Below, piece after piece: positions 50,028 through 60,029 of a stretch of 64,000 nt of DNA. The notes below the pieces were generated by a model. The model ran no database searches, had not been told where the DNA came from, and was given only the letters and a program-made list of their open reading frames with translations. Numbering within the stretch: the first letter of the stretch is position 1; every line of letters starts with the position of its first letter. A program made the position numbers and the translations under genes. Location of the stretch: the NCBI GenBank assembly GCA_963765495.1, contig CAVXWP010000007.1, positions 256,001 to 320,000 on the forward strand. The letters run 5' to 3'. This stretch comes from Blastocatellia bacterium (GTDB lineage: Bacteria; Acidobacteriota; Blastocatellia; UBA7656).

Positions 50028-51539
50028 ATGGAAGTAAGAGCAGAGAACGGGAAGTTTTACGATGTCGAAGCCGATGCGCTGGTAGTGACTATTTACGAAG
50101 GCGAGGGCATTGACGACGATGCATTGAAGGAGCTTGACGAGCGCACCGGAGGCATAGTTGGCGAACTGCTTGGAGGCGACGAAATGCGCGGCAAACAGGG
50201 TGATATGGTCTACCTGTACCGGCCCGGCCAGATTCGCCCTCATCGGCTGCTTCTGGTGGGAGCAGGCAAGCGTGAAGACTATTCATTCGACACTATACGC
50301 AAGGTGACGGGCTCTGCGGCCAGGTTTTTGCGCAGCAAGGGCGCGCATTCGATGGCCATTCTGCGCCGTTCGCAGCTTGACCTCAGCCGAAGCGCGCAGG
50401 CCGCCGTCGAGGGGGCGCTGATCGGGTTGTTCGAACCCGATATGTACAAGACTCAGCATAAGGAAGAGCGGCGCATAGACGAATTGATACTGGTCTCATC
50501 CGTAGGCGGCGCGGAGGATGAACTCGAACGCGGAGTCGAGTGCGGGCGCATTATTGGCGAAGCGGTCAACTTTGCGCGAGAGCTATCAAACGAGCCCAGT
50601 TCCGTCCTCACTCCTACCGAACTTGCAGAGCGCGCAAGAGAGACCGCGAATCGTTTCGGGCTCGATATAGATGTTCTGGATGAAGCGCGAATGAAGGAAC
50701 TCGGAATGGGAGCCTTGCTCGGTGTCGCGCGCGGGTCGGATGAACCGGCCAGAATGATCGTGCTGCGCTATGAGCCGGAAGAGACCGAGCCGATGGGAAA
50801 TGACGCCGATATTATAGCGATAGTCGGTAAAGGCGTAACCTTCGATTCGGGCGGCATCTCTATAAAGCCTTCCGAAGGCATGGAAAAGATGAAGTATGAT
50901 ATGTCGGGCGCGGCAGCCACGCTTGCCGCTATGCGCGCCATTGCCCAGCTTAAACCGCGCGTCAACGTAATAGGCATAATGCCCGCGAGCGAGAATATGC
51001 CGTCGGGCCGCGCCTACAAGCCGGGCGACGTGTTGCGGGCGCTGACCGGAAAGACTATAGAGGTGATAAATACCGATGCCGAAGGCCGGTTGTTACTGGC
51101 CGACGCGATTGGTTATGCCCGTCGTCTCGGCGCTACCCAGATAATCGATCTGGCTACTTTGACCGGGGCGTGCGCAATCGCGCTTGGCTCGATCAACGTA
51201 GCGATAATGGGCAACGATCAGGCTTTGATAGATGAATTGCGCGTGGCCGCGCGCGATGTGGGCGAGCGGTTATGGCAGTTGCCTATGGACGACGAGTACC
51301 GTGAGATGATCAAGAGCGAGATCGCCGACATCAAGAATTCAGCAGGCCGGTACGCGGGCACGATCACGGCGGGCTGGTTCCTGCGCGAGTTTGTCGAAGA
51401 CACTTCATGGGTTCACCTCGATATTGCAGGCACCGCGTGGGAGAACGAGCGCAAGTCTTACATGGCTAAAGGGCCGACCGGCGTAGCGATTCGCACCCTC
51501 ATAAATTACGTTTCCAACTACGCGGCAAAACAGGGATGA
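50028..51539 (+). CDS. pepA: Leucyl aminopeptidase (M17)
   Basis: VGKGVTFDSGG, MKYDM, NTDAEGRL, DLATLTG, HLDIAG. Confidence 0.96.
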   Translation: MEVRAENGKFYDVEADALVVTIYEGEGIDDDALKELDERTGGIVGELLGGDEMRGKQGDMVYLYRPGQIRPHRLLLVGAGKREDYSFDTIRKVTGSAARFLRSKGAHSMAILRRSQLDLSRSAQAAVEGALIGLFEPDMYKTQHKEERRIDELILVSSVGGAEDELERGVECGRIIGEAVNFARELSNEPSSVLTPTELAERARETANRFGLDIDVLDEARMKELGMGALLGVARGSDEPARMIVLRYEPEETEPMGNDADIIAIVGKGVTFDSGGISIKPSEGMEKMKYDMSGAAATLAAMRAIAQLKPRVNVIGIMPASENMPSGRAYKPGDVLRALTGKTIEVINTDAEGRLLLADAIGYARRLGATQIIDLATLTGACAIALGSINVAIMGNDQALIDELRVAARDVGERLWQLPMDDEYREMIKSEIADIKNSAGRYAGTITAGWFLREFVEDTSWVHLDIAGTAWENERKSYMAKGPTGVAIRTLINYVSNYAAKQG

Positions 51540-51549
51540 GACTCAAAGG

Positions 51550-51708
51550 ATGAAAGACAGGGCCGGAGATGAAAGCGCGCAGGCAGACTCTCGCCGAAAA
51601 GATTTTCAATCTCCGGTTACTGCCTTTGCCTTCTCTCGCTCGCAGCAAACTGGCGCGCTCATATTGATGTTCTTGCTTGTGGCGCTCGTAATTTATCGCT
51701 TTTGCTGA
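51550..51708 (+). CDS. Possible 52-aa membrane protein
   Basis: Hand-translated MKDRAG...GALILMFLLVALVIYRFC*, starting 10 nt after the pepA stop. Confidence 0.35.
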   Translation: MKDRAGDESAQADSRRKDFQSPVTAFAFSRSQQTGALILMFLLVALVIYRFC

Positions 51709-52015
51709 TCGCGGGATTTGCCTTCTCTATGAGGCCGGAAAGAAGACTGCTCGATTATACTTTTCTGCTATCACACTCGCGGAGCCGCTGCCTCTTCGCA
51801 CTTGAGCGAAGTTCCCCATTTGATTGAGTAAAAAGGCTCTATCAGCGCCGTAGGTCGAGCATTTCGCTCAATCGAAATTGTCAGACTGGAAATCAAAGCA
51901 GGGCAAAGCCCCGAAAAACTCTCGAAAAAACCTTATTAGAAGAGATATTTTCAGGCGGCATCACGTCCAATCCAGGGCCACGGATTCCGGCACATTTGTT
52001 GCACTTTGCCCTTTT

Positions 52016-53230
52016 ATGCAAGCAAGCAAAGACATAGCGGATAAGGTTGAGCCAGGATGCCCCGGCAGACATGTTATCGCGTCTTTCAAGGGCCTGGAGG
52101 CCGGACCGACCTTGATCATAGTCGGCAGTATTCACGGCAATGAGCCTGCCGGGAGCCTCGCCGCTCGCCGCCTGCTGCCTGAGCTTGAGCGTCGCAGGCA
52201 CCTGCTTCGCGGAGAATTGCTGTTTCTTGTGGGTAACACGCGAGCGCTCGCTCACCACACGCGCTACATCGATGTAGACCTGAACAGGCACTGGACGATT
52301 GAAAACGTCAGGACAAGACTGTCGGGGGGCGAGGAGGCTGTTAATCTTTCCGAAGACCTTGAACTAAGTGAGCTTCTTGAAGAGATCGTGCCTGCCCTCA
52401 ACCGCGCTCAGGGTGATGTTTACTTCGTAGACCTTCACACAACATCGGCGGGTGGAGTTCCCTTCGCCACGGTCGGAGACACGCTTCGCAATCGCGCCTT
52501 CGCTTTCAATTTTCCCATAACAATCGTGCTGGGCATCGAAGAACAGATTGATGGCACCCTGCTGGAATATCTGAACAACGTCGGAGCCGTGACTATGGGC
52601 TTTGAATCCGGTCAGCACGATCTTCCATCTTCGGTGGACAATCACGAAGCGTTGATCTGGATCGCGCTTGTCGCGTGTGGGGTGCTTGATCGCGAAGATG
52701 TGCCACAGTTTGATCAATATATAAAGGTTCTCAGGCGGGCGAGCAGTGGGGCGAACATCATCGAAATTCGCTACCGCCATGCCATCCGACCGGAAGAAGA
52801 TTTCAAGATGGAGCCAGGCTTTAAGAGTTTTCAACCTGTTCGTCGGGGGCAACTTCTGGCTCGGGATCGCAATGGCCCGATCAGGGCGCGCGAGACCGGG
52901 ATGGTTGTAATGCCTCTGTATCAGGCGCTCGGTGATGACGGATTCTTTCTCGGCAGAAAGGTAAAGGGGTTCTGGCTCGGGCTTTCGAGTCTTCTAAGGC
53001 GAATCCACATTGCCGATTATATGCACCTGTTGCCGGGTGTGCGGCGTCACGGCCAGTATGAAAGCACTCTGATAGTCAACACCCGGCTTGCGCGCCTGTT
53101 CCCTCTTCAGGTCTTTCACCTGCTCGGCTTTCGCAAGCGACGATGGTCGAAGGGAGTGCTTGAGGTCAGTCGCCGTCGTTATGATCTGGCTGGTCCAAAG
53201 AGGTTTGAAATTCGGATAGAACGAGAATGA
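52016..53230 (+). CDS. Succinylglutamate desuccinylase/aspartoacylase family (M14-like) protein
   Basis: HGNE, DLNR, DLHT, FESG; start uncertain. Confidence 0.88.
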   Translation: MQASKDIADKVEPGCPGRHVIASFKGLEAGPTLIIVGSIHGNEPAGSLAARRLLPELERRRHLLRGELLFLVGNTRALAHHTRYIDVDLNRHWTIENVRTRLSGGEEAVNLSEDLELSELLEEIVPALNRAQGDVYFVDLHTTSAGGVPFATVGDTLRNRAFAFNFPITIVLGIEEQIDGTLLEYLNNVGAVTMGFESGQHDLPSSVDNHEALIWIALVACGVLDREDVPQFDQYIKVLRRASSGANIIEIRYRHAIRPEEDFKMEPGFKSFQPVRRGQLLARDRNGPIRARETGMVVMPLYQALGDDGFFLGRKVKGFWLGLSSLLRRIHIADYMHLLPGVRRHGQYESTLIVNTRLARLFPLQVFHLLGFRKRRWSKGVLEVSRRRYDLAGPKRFEIRIERE

Positions 53231-53261
53231 AGCAGATTGAGATGGGTGAGAGACAGAAGAG

Positions 53262-53741
53262 TCAATTTTCGCGTCCGTCTCCCCATTCGAGCACTTCGGC
53301 CCGCACGCGCGCTTTGCCGCTGCTTATAAAATCCAGTTGTTCTGCAACCGAGCGCGACAGGTCAAGGATGATGCCGTTTTCCTGATCTTTTTTAGAAGGT
53401 CCGCGATCCACTATGCGAACTTCGACAGAGCGATCATTCTCAAGATTCGTTATTCTCAGGATAGTGCCCATAGGATAAGAAGGATGCGCCGCCACCAGTC
53501 CGGCCCTGTCAAACACCTCGCCGCTATAGGTTCGTTTGCCGTGAAATGAATCGCTCAAATACGAAGCCAGACCGGTTTGAGTCTCCTTTGCCATTCTCGG
53601 CGCAGGCGGCGCTTCGGCGCTCTTATTGGAATTATCGGCTACGGGGGCGGCTTCCGGCGATGCGCAACCTGTCAATACAGATAACAGGACCAGTATCGCA
53701 GGCACGAGGATTTTGTTCTGTTGGGGGTGCAATCCAAACAT
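53262..53741 (-). CDS. rlpA: RlpA-family (DPBB) lipoprotein
   Basis: LTGC lipobox, GLASY..FHGKRT.SGE, AAH, DRGP, DLS. Confidence 0.88.
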   Translation of the reverse strand: MFGLHPQQNKILVPAILVLLSVLTGCASPEAAPVADNSNKSAEAPPAPRMAKETQTGLASYLSDSFHGKRTYSGEVFDRAGLVAAHPSYPMGTILRITNLENDRSVEVRIVDRGPSKKDQENGIILDLSRSVAEQLDFISSGKARVRAEVLEWGDGREN

Positions 53742-53810
53742 CACGCCTATTATGTATGAAATGTCTGTAAATGAGAAGCGCCGCGCGCTGGCACGGTCGT
53801 TTTTTTTGAC

Positions 53811-53877
53811 AGGCTTAGACAGGATTAACAAGATTCTCTTTTAATCCTTAGAAATCTTGTTACTCCTGTCTAAGCCT
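53811..53877. repeat. ACAGGATT-type inverted repeat
   Basis: 25-bp IR, one mismatch: aggcttagacaggattaacaagatt / aatcttgttactcctgtctaagcct. Confidence 0.85.
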
Positions 53878-53880
53878 TAC

Positions 53881-56800
53881 TTATCGAATAAGGAAGCTCA
53901 GGAAACGCGCGGCGCTCAACCTCAAACGAGCCATACGGGCGCGCATCGAGGCAAATAGGCTTCGCTCGCCCATCTCGGCAAAGAACGAATATGCCACGGG
54001 TGTGACGACAAGCGTAAGCACAAGACAAAGGCTCTGCCCTCCGATGATCGTAACCGCTATGGCGGAGCGTTGCGCTGACCCTGCGCCGATTCCTATCGCT
54101 GTCGGGATCAGTCCCGCGATGATCGATAGCGTAGTCATCAGGATGGGTCGCAGTCTGACGTGATTCGCCTGCAAGATCGCCTCTCGCAGAGGCACGCCCT
54201 GTTCGCGCAGTTTGTTTGTGTAATCAACCTGGAGTATGCCGTTCTTCTTCACAATCCCAAGGAGCAGCAACACGCCGAGCGCGCTCCACAAATTCAGAGT
54301 CCTGCCCGTCAGCCATAGCGACAAAAGCGCAAATGGAATCGAAAGCGGCAGACTCAGCATGATAGTAAACGGATGGAGGAAGCTTTCAAACTGAGCGGCA
54401 AGCACCATGTACATGAAGATCGAAGCGAGCAGAAACGCGATTATCAAATTCGTAGTCGTTTCATCGAGTATCTTGACCGAGCCTGTGAAGCGATATGTGT
54501 AGCCGGGCGGCAGTCCCACAGCTTTTATTTCGTTGGCGGCGGCGCGCGCAGCCGCATCAAGCGGGAAATCAGAGGCGTTATTGGCATTCACAGAGACCTG
54601 AAATTGCCGGTTGTATCGCTCGATGCGCGCGGGGCCGACGCCGGGTACTACCGAGGCAATGTTGTCGAGACGGACCTGCCCTATCTTTGTCGAGGGTATC
54701 ATCAACCGCGCCATAATCGTGGGGTCTTTCTGTTGTTCGGGCAGCAGTTGCATGGTTACATCGTATTGTTCGTCGCCTTCCTTGTAGGTCGATATCTGGT
54801 CTTCACCCGAAATCATCAACCGCACCGCCCCGGCTACGTCTGAGGCGCGGACTCCGAGGTCAGAGGCACGCTGGCGATCAATCTTGACCTGTAGCTCAGG
54901 GCTGTTGAGGCTCACACCCGGCTCGACATCGAGCAATCCCTTGACCTTGCGCATCTGATCGCCGACCTGTTTGGCAAGCTCGGCGGTCTTTTGAAAATCG
55001 GGCCCGAGGATCAATGCCCGCACAGGGAAATAAGTCTCGCCGCCGCCAAGCGCCGAAGGGATGACGATTTTGCTTCGCAGGTTCTGGTACTGAGAGGTTA
55101 TCTTGCGAATCTCATCGGCTATCTCAAGATTTGTCTGGTCGCGATTGGATACGTCCACGAGCCGGACGTAAACGTGCGAGTGGCTCGAAAGCCCCTCGTG
55201 AATAAACGGATTGACAAACTCTACGCCCGGAAGCTCTGCGACCTTGTTTGCAAGGTCTGTTGTCAGCTTCGATGTAGCGTCTATCGAATTGCCTTCGGGC
55301 AGGTTCAAAGAGACGGTAAGCTCGCTTTGATCGTCAGGCGGAATCCAGTCGCGGCCCACAAGGGCGTTGAGCGGAAAGGTGAGTGCAAACGTGGCGAGCG
55401 CCACAGCGACCACAACGGCGCGATGACTCAGAGACCAGTCGAGAATCCGCCCGTAAAGACGATCGATTCCAAAAAAGAAACTCGCTTCCTTTGACGTATG
55501 TTCGTGCGCCTCTGCCTTCTCGGGTTCTTCCTCTGTGCCCTTTTTGTGCGCTATGCGCTTGAGAAGCCGAGAACTGAGCATGGGCGTCAGCGTAAAGCTT
55601 ACAAGCATCGAGACCATAACCGAAAAGGCCATCGTCCAGCCAAATTGATTTACGTAACGGCGGGCATAGCCCGTCATGAAGGCGATTGGAACGAAGATGA
55701 TGACAAGCGATATGGTGGTTGCAACGACGGCGAGCGTGATCTCTTTAGTGGCCTCGATGGCCGCCTCCATCGGCGGATACTTTTTCTCTTCGATATAGCG
55801 AACTATGTTTTCAAGCACAACGATGGCGTCGTCAATCACTATGCCCACGGCCAGCGTCAACGCAAGCAGGGTCATATTGTTGAGCGTGAAATCCATTATC
55901 TTGAGCAGCGTGAAAGTGGCGATGATCGAAGTAGGGATAGCGACCGCCGAAATAAGAACCGACCGCAGGTTGCGGATAAAGAGCAGGACGACGAGCGCGG
56001 CCAGCAAACTTCCGAACAAGAGGTGTTCTTGCAGCGATGCGATGGATGCGTTTATAAAGACCGATTGATCGCGGATGATTCGAACCGTGACCCCCGGCGG
56101 CAGGGTCTTTTGAATCTCGGCCAGCCTGGTCTTTACGGCCTCGATTATCTTTACCGTGTTGGTTCCCGATTGCCTCCGCACGTCGAGCGAAACGGCCTGT
56201 TTGCCTTCGAGCATATTCCACGTCGTAGGCTCGGCAAAGCTATCCTCGACGCGCCCAATGTCGTTTATCCGAATCGGTGTGCCGTTGGCGTTTGTGACTA
56301 TCGTATCGCCAAACTGGCTGACTGCGTCTATGCGGCCAAGCGTCCGCACGCCAAGCTCGGAATCGCCCCGGACGATGCGCCCGCCGGGAACCTCCACGTT
56401 CTCGCTCTGTATGGCCTTCTCTACCTGATTGATCGTGATGCCGTAGGCATTGAGCTTTTCCGCGTCAACAAAGACGCGAATTTGCCGCTCACGACCGCCG
56501 TTGAGGCTCGCCTCGCCTACGCCGTCCACGGTCTCAAGGACGCGCTTTATCTGCTTGTCGGCAATCTCTGTGGTTTCGCGGAGGCTCTTATCGCTTGCGA
56601 TCACAAGCGATATCACGGGGTCGGCATCGGGGTCCGCCTTTTGAATGATCGGCGGCAGCAGGTTTGGAGGCAACTGGCGCAACGCGCCCGCGACCTTTTC
56701 TCTGACATCCTGCGCGGCGCTTTCGATGTCGCGTTCCAGCACGAATTTCAACGTCATGCGGGCCGAGCCTTCGAAGGTCATCGAACTCAACTCGTCAAGA

Positions 56801-57027
56801 CCGCTGATGGTGCTCACGGCCTCTTCGAGAGGGAGCACAACCTGCGTGGTCACCTCTTCGGGCGTAGCGCCGGGCAAACGCGCGTTTATGGTCACTGTGG
56901 CCGGGTCGGCCTTCGGGAAGAGGTCAACTCCGAGGTCGCGGAAAGAGAATATTCCGAGCACGACCAGAAAGCTGATCATCATAACGGCGAAAACAGGCCG
57001 CTTCACGCATACTTCCGCAATTGTCAT
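53881..57027 (-). CDS. RND efflux transporter permease (AcrB/AcrD/AcrF family)
   Basis: KRPVFA, GIVIDDAIVVLENI, KKNGILQVD, RLRPILMT. Confidence 0.97.
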   Translation of the reverse strand: MTIAEVCVKRPVFAVMMISFLVVLGIFSFRDLGVDLFPKADPATVTINARLPGATPEEVTTQVVLPLEEAVSTISGLDELSSMTFEGSARMTLKFVLERDIESAAQDVREKVAGALRQLPPNLLPPIIQKADPDADPVISLVIASDKSLRETTEIADKQIKRVLETVDGVGEASLNGGRERQIRVFVDAEKLNAYGITINQVEKAIQSENVEVPGGRIVRGDSELGVRTLGRIDAVSQFGDTIVTNANGTPIRINDIGRVEDSFAEPTTWNMLEGKQAVSLDVRRQSGTNTVKIIEAVKTRLAEIQKTLPPGVTVRIIRDQSVFINASIASLQEHLLFGSLLAALVVLLFIRNLRSVLISAVAIPTSIIATFTLLKIMDFTLNNMTLLALTLAVGIVIDDAIVVLENIVRYIEEKKYPPMEAAIEATKEITLAVVATTISLVIIFVPIAFMTGYARRYVNQFGWTMAFSVMVSMLVSFTLTPMLSSRLLKRIAHKKGTEEEPEKAEAHEHTSKEASFFFGIDRLYGRILDWSLSHRAVVVAVALATFALTFPLNALVGRDWIPPDDQSELTVSLNLPEGNSIDATSKLTTDLANKVAELPGVEFVNPFIHEGLSSHSHVYVRLVDVSNRDQTNLEIADEIRKITSQYQNLRSKIVIPSALGGGETYFPVRALILGPDFQKTAELAKQVGDQMRKVKGLLDVEPGVSLNSPELQVKIDRQRASDLGVRASDVAGAVRLMISGEDQISTYKEGDEQYDVTMQLLPEQQKDPTIMARLMIPSTKIGQVRLDNIASVVPGVGPARIERYNRQFQVSVNANNASDFPLDAAARAAANEIKAVGLPPGYTYRFTGSVKILDETTTNLIIAFLLASIFMYMVLAAQFESFLHPFTIMLSLPLSIPFALLSLWLTGRTLNLWSALGVLLLLGIVKKNGILQVDYTNKLREQGVPLREAILQANHVRLRPILMTTLSIIAGLIPTAIGIGAGSAQRSAIAVTIIGGQSLCLVLTLVVTPVAYSFFAEMGERSLFASMRARMARLRLSAARFLSFLIR

Positions 57028-57051
57028 CTGCTTTACTCCGATGAGGCCGAG

Positions 57052-58287
57052 CTATGGAATCTCTTCGACCGCAGCGCCATCTTTCAATTCCTGTCCCGGT
57101 GTGGGGAGCGCCAGTCGCTCGCCTTCCCTGACGCCTTCGATTATCTCTACAAGATCGCCCGTCCGGCTTCCGAGTTTGACATCCCTCTCCTTGAGCGCAT
57201 TGCCCTCAATCACGTAGACCTTGTAGACGCCGTAGACATACTGTAACGCCTCTGCCGGAACGACCAGCGCGCTCTCCATCCTGTTTGACGGTATCGTCGA
57301 TTTGACGAAGAATCCCGGCTTGAGCAAGCCTTCGCGGTTTGCGATCAGGGCTTCGACTTCGAGCGAACGGGTCTGCTGGTCTACGGAAGGGTTTATCCGC
57401 GACACGGTTCCTGTGAAGGTGCGGTCCGGGTAGGCTTCTACCGAGACCGTGACGGGCTGGCCGGGGCGAACCCAGGCGGCCATCTTCTCGGGCACCTGTA
57501 ACCTGACGCGCAGAGGGTCGGCGTTGACTATGACCATCACGGAGGTCTGAACTTTCAGGTACTGACCCTGCGTCACCATTCGCTCTTTGATCTGACCCGC
57601 GAACGGCGCTCGGATCACCGAATCAGAGAGCTTCTTTTGGGCCAGCGCCATCGAGGCGCGATACTGAGCCAGTTGCGCCCGCAGATTTTCGACCCCCTGA
57701 ACCGCCAGGTCATAAGCGGCGCGAACGGCCTTGTATTTCGCTTCGGCCTCATCGAAATCCTGCCGGGGAAGCACACCCTGCTCGAAAAGCGACTTTGCGC
57801 GTTTGTATTTCTGCTCGGCGTCATTGAGATCGGCTGCGGCCTTCTTCACCTCGGCGGCCTCGCGCACATCCTTGATGTCTTCGCCGTTTGCGGGAAGTCC
57901 GAGCTTTGCGCGTGCCTGTCCCAGGGCTGCGCGTTGTTGTTCCAGGGTCAACTGTAGCTCGGCCGGAGAAACCTCCACTATCGGTTGGCCGCGAGAGACG
58001 CGGTCTCCGACATCGACCAGCACGCGCTCGACTCTGCCCTCCACTTCCGAACTGACAGTTACCTCGTCAAACGGAAAGAGCGAGCCGACTGATTCCACAT
58101 TTCGCTGGATCTGTTTTAACTCTACAGGAGCGACGCGGGCCTGGACGGCGACCTGTGCCGCCGTATTAACCTGCTTGCCTGAAACTTTGTTTGAGCAGGA
58201 GAGAGAACAGAAAATCACTACGGAAAAGAGCGAGGCCGCAAGGAGTCGAGTTGGCCAGTTCGCGCTCGGATTTTGAACATCTATCAT
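57052..58287 (-). CDS. RND periplasmic adaptor (membrane fusion protein)
   Basis: Lipoyl halves VSSEVEGRV/IRAPFAG around a coiled coil, LKPG.F, VPAEA. Confidence 0.95.
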   Translation of the reverse strand: MIDVQNPSANWPTRLLAASLFSVVIFCSLSCSNKVSGKQVNTAAQVAVQARVAPVELKQIQRNVESVGSLFPFDEVTVSSEVEGRVERVLVDVGDRVSRGQPIVEVSPAELQLTLEQQRAALGQARAKLGLPANGEDIKDVREAAEVKKAAADLNDAEQKYKRAKSLFEQGVLPRQDFDEAEAKYKAVRAAYDLAVQGVENLRAQLAQYRASMALAQKKLSDSVIRAPFAGQIKERMVTQGQYLKVQTSVMVIVNADPLRVRLQVPEKMAAWVRPGQPVTVSVEAYPDRTFTGTVSRINPSVDQQTRSLEVEALIANREGLLKPGFFVKSTIPSNRMESALVVPAEALQYVYGVYKVYVIEGNALKERDVKLGSRTGDLVEIIEGVREGERLALPTPGQELKDGAAVEEIP

Positions 58288-58526
58288 TGCGATACCTTCC
58301 CAATAAGCACATTGGAGCATTCAAGGAATGAAAATCATACACCAAACAAGGTCTGATTCAGAAGCCTTCGACAAAATGCTATTACGGTGGAGCGGAATTG
58401 AGGGTTACAGCCAAGTTTGCTCTTTGAAATCGGGTCGTCAGAGGTCGGTGGAAATGAATTTGAAAGGGTGGGAAAAAGGCAATTTCGATTTTGCTAAAAT
58501 TGATTTGCCGGGCTTGTTAATCCGAC

Positions 58527-59222
58527 TCAGGAGATAGCCCTTGCGATGCCGAAGGCAGCGGCAGCGGCCACGCCTCCGATCAGCATGGTTTGCAGGGCGC
58601 TTTTCAAAGGGCGTGCGCCTGTGAATGTGCCTTTGATGTATCCGAAGACCAGAAGCGCCAGAAGCGTCACCGCGACTGAAAACATAAGCGCGCTTGTCGC
58701 GTTTGCCAAAATCATGTAAGGCAGCAGGGGGACAAAGCCTCCGGCGATGTATGAACCGCCGATGGTCGCCGCGCTTTTTAACGCTCTGCCGGGATCGGGT
58801 TTTTCAAGGCCAAGCTCGAATCTCATCATGAAATCGACCCACGCCTCGGGGCGAGAGGCAAGGGCCATAACGACAGGGGCGCTCTCTTCATCGGTCAGAC
58901 CGTAAGCCCGGAAGACATCGCGAACCTCGGCCTTTTCTTCCCCGGGTTTCTCTTTGACCTCAAGCCTCTCCCGCCTGCGCTCGCTTGCGTAATGCTCCGA
59001 GTCGCTTTTGGCCGCCAGATATCCGCCCAACCCCATTGCAATCGAGCCTGCGGCAATCTCAGCCAGGCCCGCGATGACGACTATGCCGGTTGAATCTACT
59101 GCGCCCGAAAGCCCCGCCGCGAGCGCAAACGGAACGGTCAACCCGTCGGACATGCCTATGACTATGTCTCTAACGACTTCCCCGGCTGTGAAGTGGTGTT
59201 CGATGTGGCGCGTTTGTGGCAA
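58527..59222 (-). CDS. VIT1/CCC1 family Fe/Mn transporter
   Basis: RDIVIGMSDGL, AGSIAMGLGGYL, Glu-rich loop, MRFELG. Confidence 0.94.
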   Translation of the reverse strand: MPQTRHIEHHFTAGEVVRDIVIGMSDGLTVPFALAAGLSGAVDSTGIVVIAGLAEIAAGSIAMGLGGYLAAKSDSEHYASERRRERLEVKEKPGEEKAEVRDVFRAYGLTDEESAPVVMALASRPEAWVDFMMRFELGLEKPDPGRALKSAATIGGSYIAGGFVPLLPYMILANATSALMFSVAVTLLALLVFGYIKGTFTGARPLKSALQTMLIGGVAAAAAFGIARAIS

Positions 59223-59238
59223 GAGGTTTCTCCTCGAT

Positions 59239-59937
59239 CTACTTCTGGTTGCTCCAGCCTTCGCCCGTTGCTCTTATTTCACGGTCAAAGACATCAGTAA
59301 AATGGGTTGTGACAACATTGGCGACCTCGCGCATATCGAGGCTTTGCCCAAGAAGTTTGGACAGTGAAGTGACGCCCTTATCGGTGATGCCGCACGGAAT
59401 GATCATTCGAAAGTAATTCAAATCGGTGTTGACGTTGAGAGCAAAGCCATGACTTGTGATCCATCGGGCTATCCTCACACCGATAGCGGCTACTTTTTCA
59501 TTGCCTACCCAGACTCCGGTCAGCCCCTTTATGCGCTCTGCTGTCACGCCGAAGTCGGCTATTGTGCGTATCAGCACCTCTTCGAGGTCGCGCACATAGC
59601 GATGCACATCGCACCTGTCCGGTTTTAGATTGATTATCGGATAACCGACAAGCTGCCCCGGCCCGTGATAAGTCACATCGCCGCCGCGACCAGTCTCGTG
59701 AACCTCTATCGAATTGAGTTGAAGCTGGTGGCTATCGGCAAGAATATTGGCGCGGCTGGCTCCGCGCCCGAGCGTGAATACGTGATTGTGTTCGAGCAGG
59801 AATAACTGTTCGGGGTCTTCGCCTGACCTGAGACGCTCGACGGCCTCCTGTTGCAACGCGAGCGCGTCGGCATAGCCAATCAGGCCAAGCATCATTGCAT
59901 TGCATACGCGACTGAATTCAGGTGTCTGTGAAACCAT
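59239..59937 (-). CDS. lipB: Octanoyltransferase
   Basis: EH..VFTLG, RGGDVTYHGPGQ, KVAAIG, HGFALN, PCG. Confidence 0.97.
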   Translation of the reverse strand: MVSQTPEFSRVCNAMMLGLIGYADALALQQEAVERLRSGEDPEQLFLLEHNHVFTLGRGASRANILADSHQLQLNSIEVHETGRGGDVTYHGPGQLVGYPIINLKPDRCDVHRYVRDLEEVLIRTIADFGVTAERIKGLTGVWVGNEKVAAIGVRIARWITSHGFALNVNTDLNYFRMIIPCGITDKGVTSLSKLLGQSLDMREVANVVTTHFTDVFDREIRATGEGWSNQK

Positions 59938-59939
59938 AG

Positions 59940-60020
59940 ATGATGCGTGATTTGTGATGCGTGACTCTCGTGGAGATTGGCTGTCATCAATCATCTGGTA
60001 TTTTCACGCATCACGCATCA
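59940..60020. repeat. Inverted 7-mer (GATGCGT) element
   Basis: tgatgcgtgatttgtgatgcgtga ... tcacgcatcacgcatca. Confidence 0.85.
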
Positions 60021-60029
60021 CTCGTCGCT

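Noticed and set aside
55498-57246. 582-aa plus-strand ORF
   Set aside because: Antisense shadow of the RND gene with no motifs
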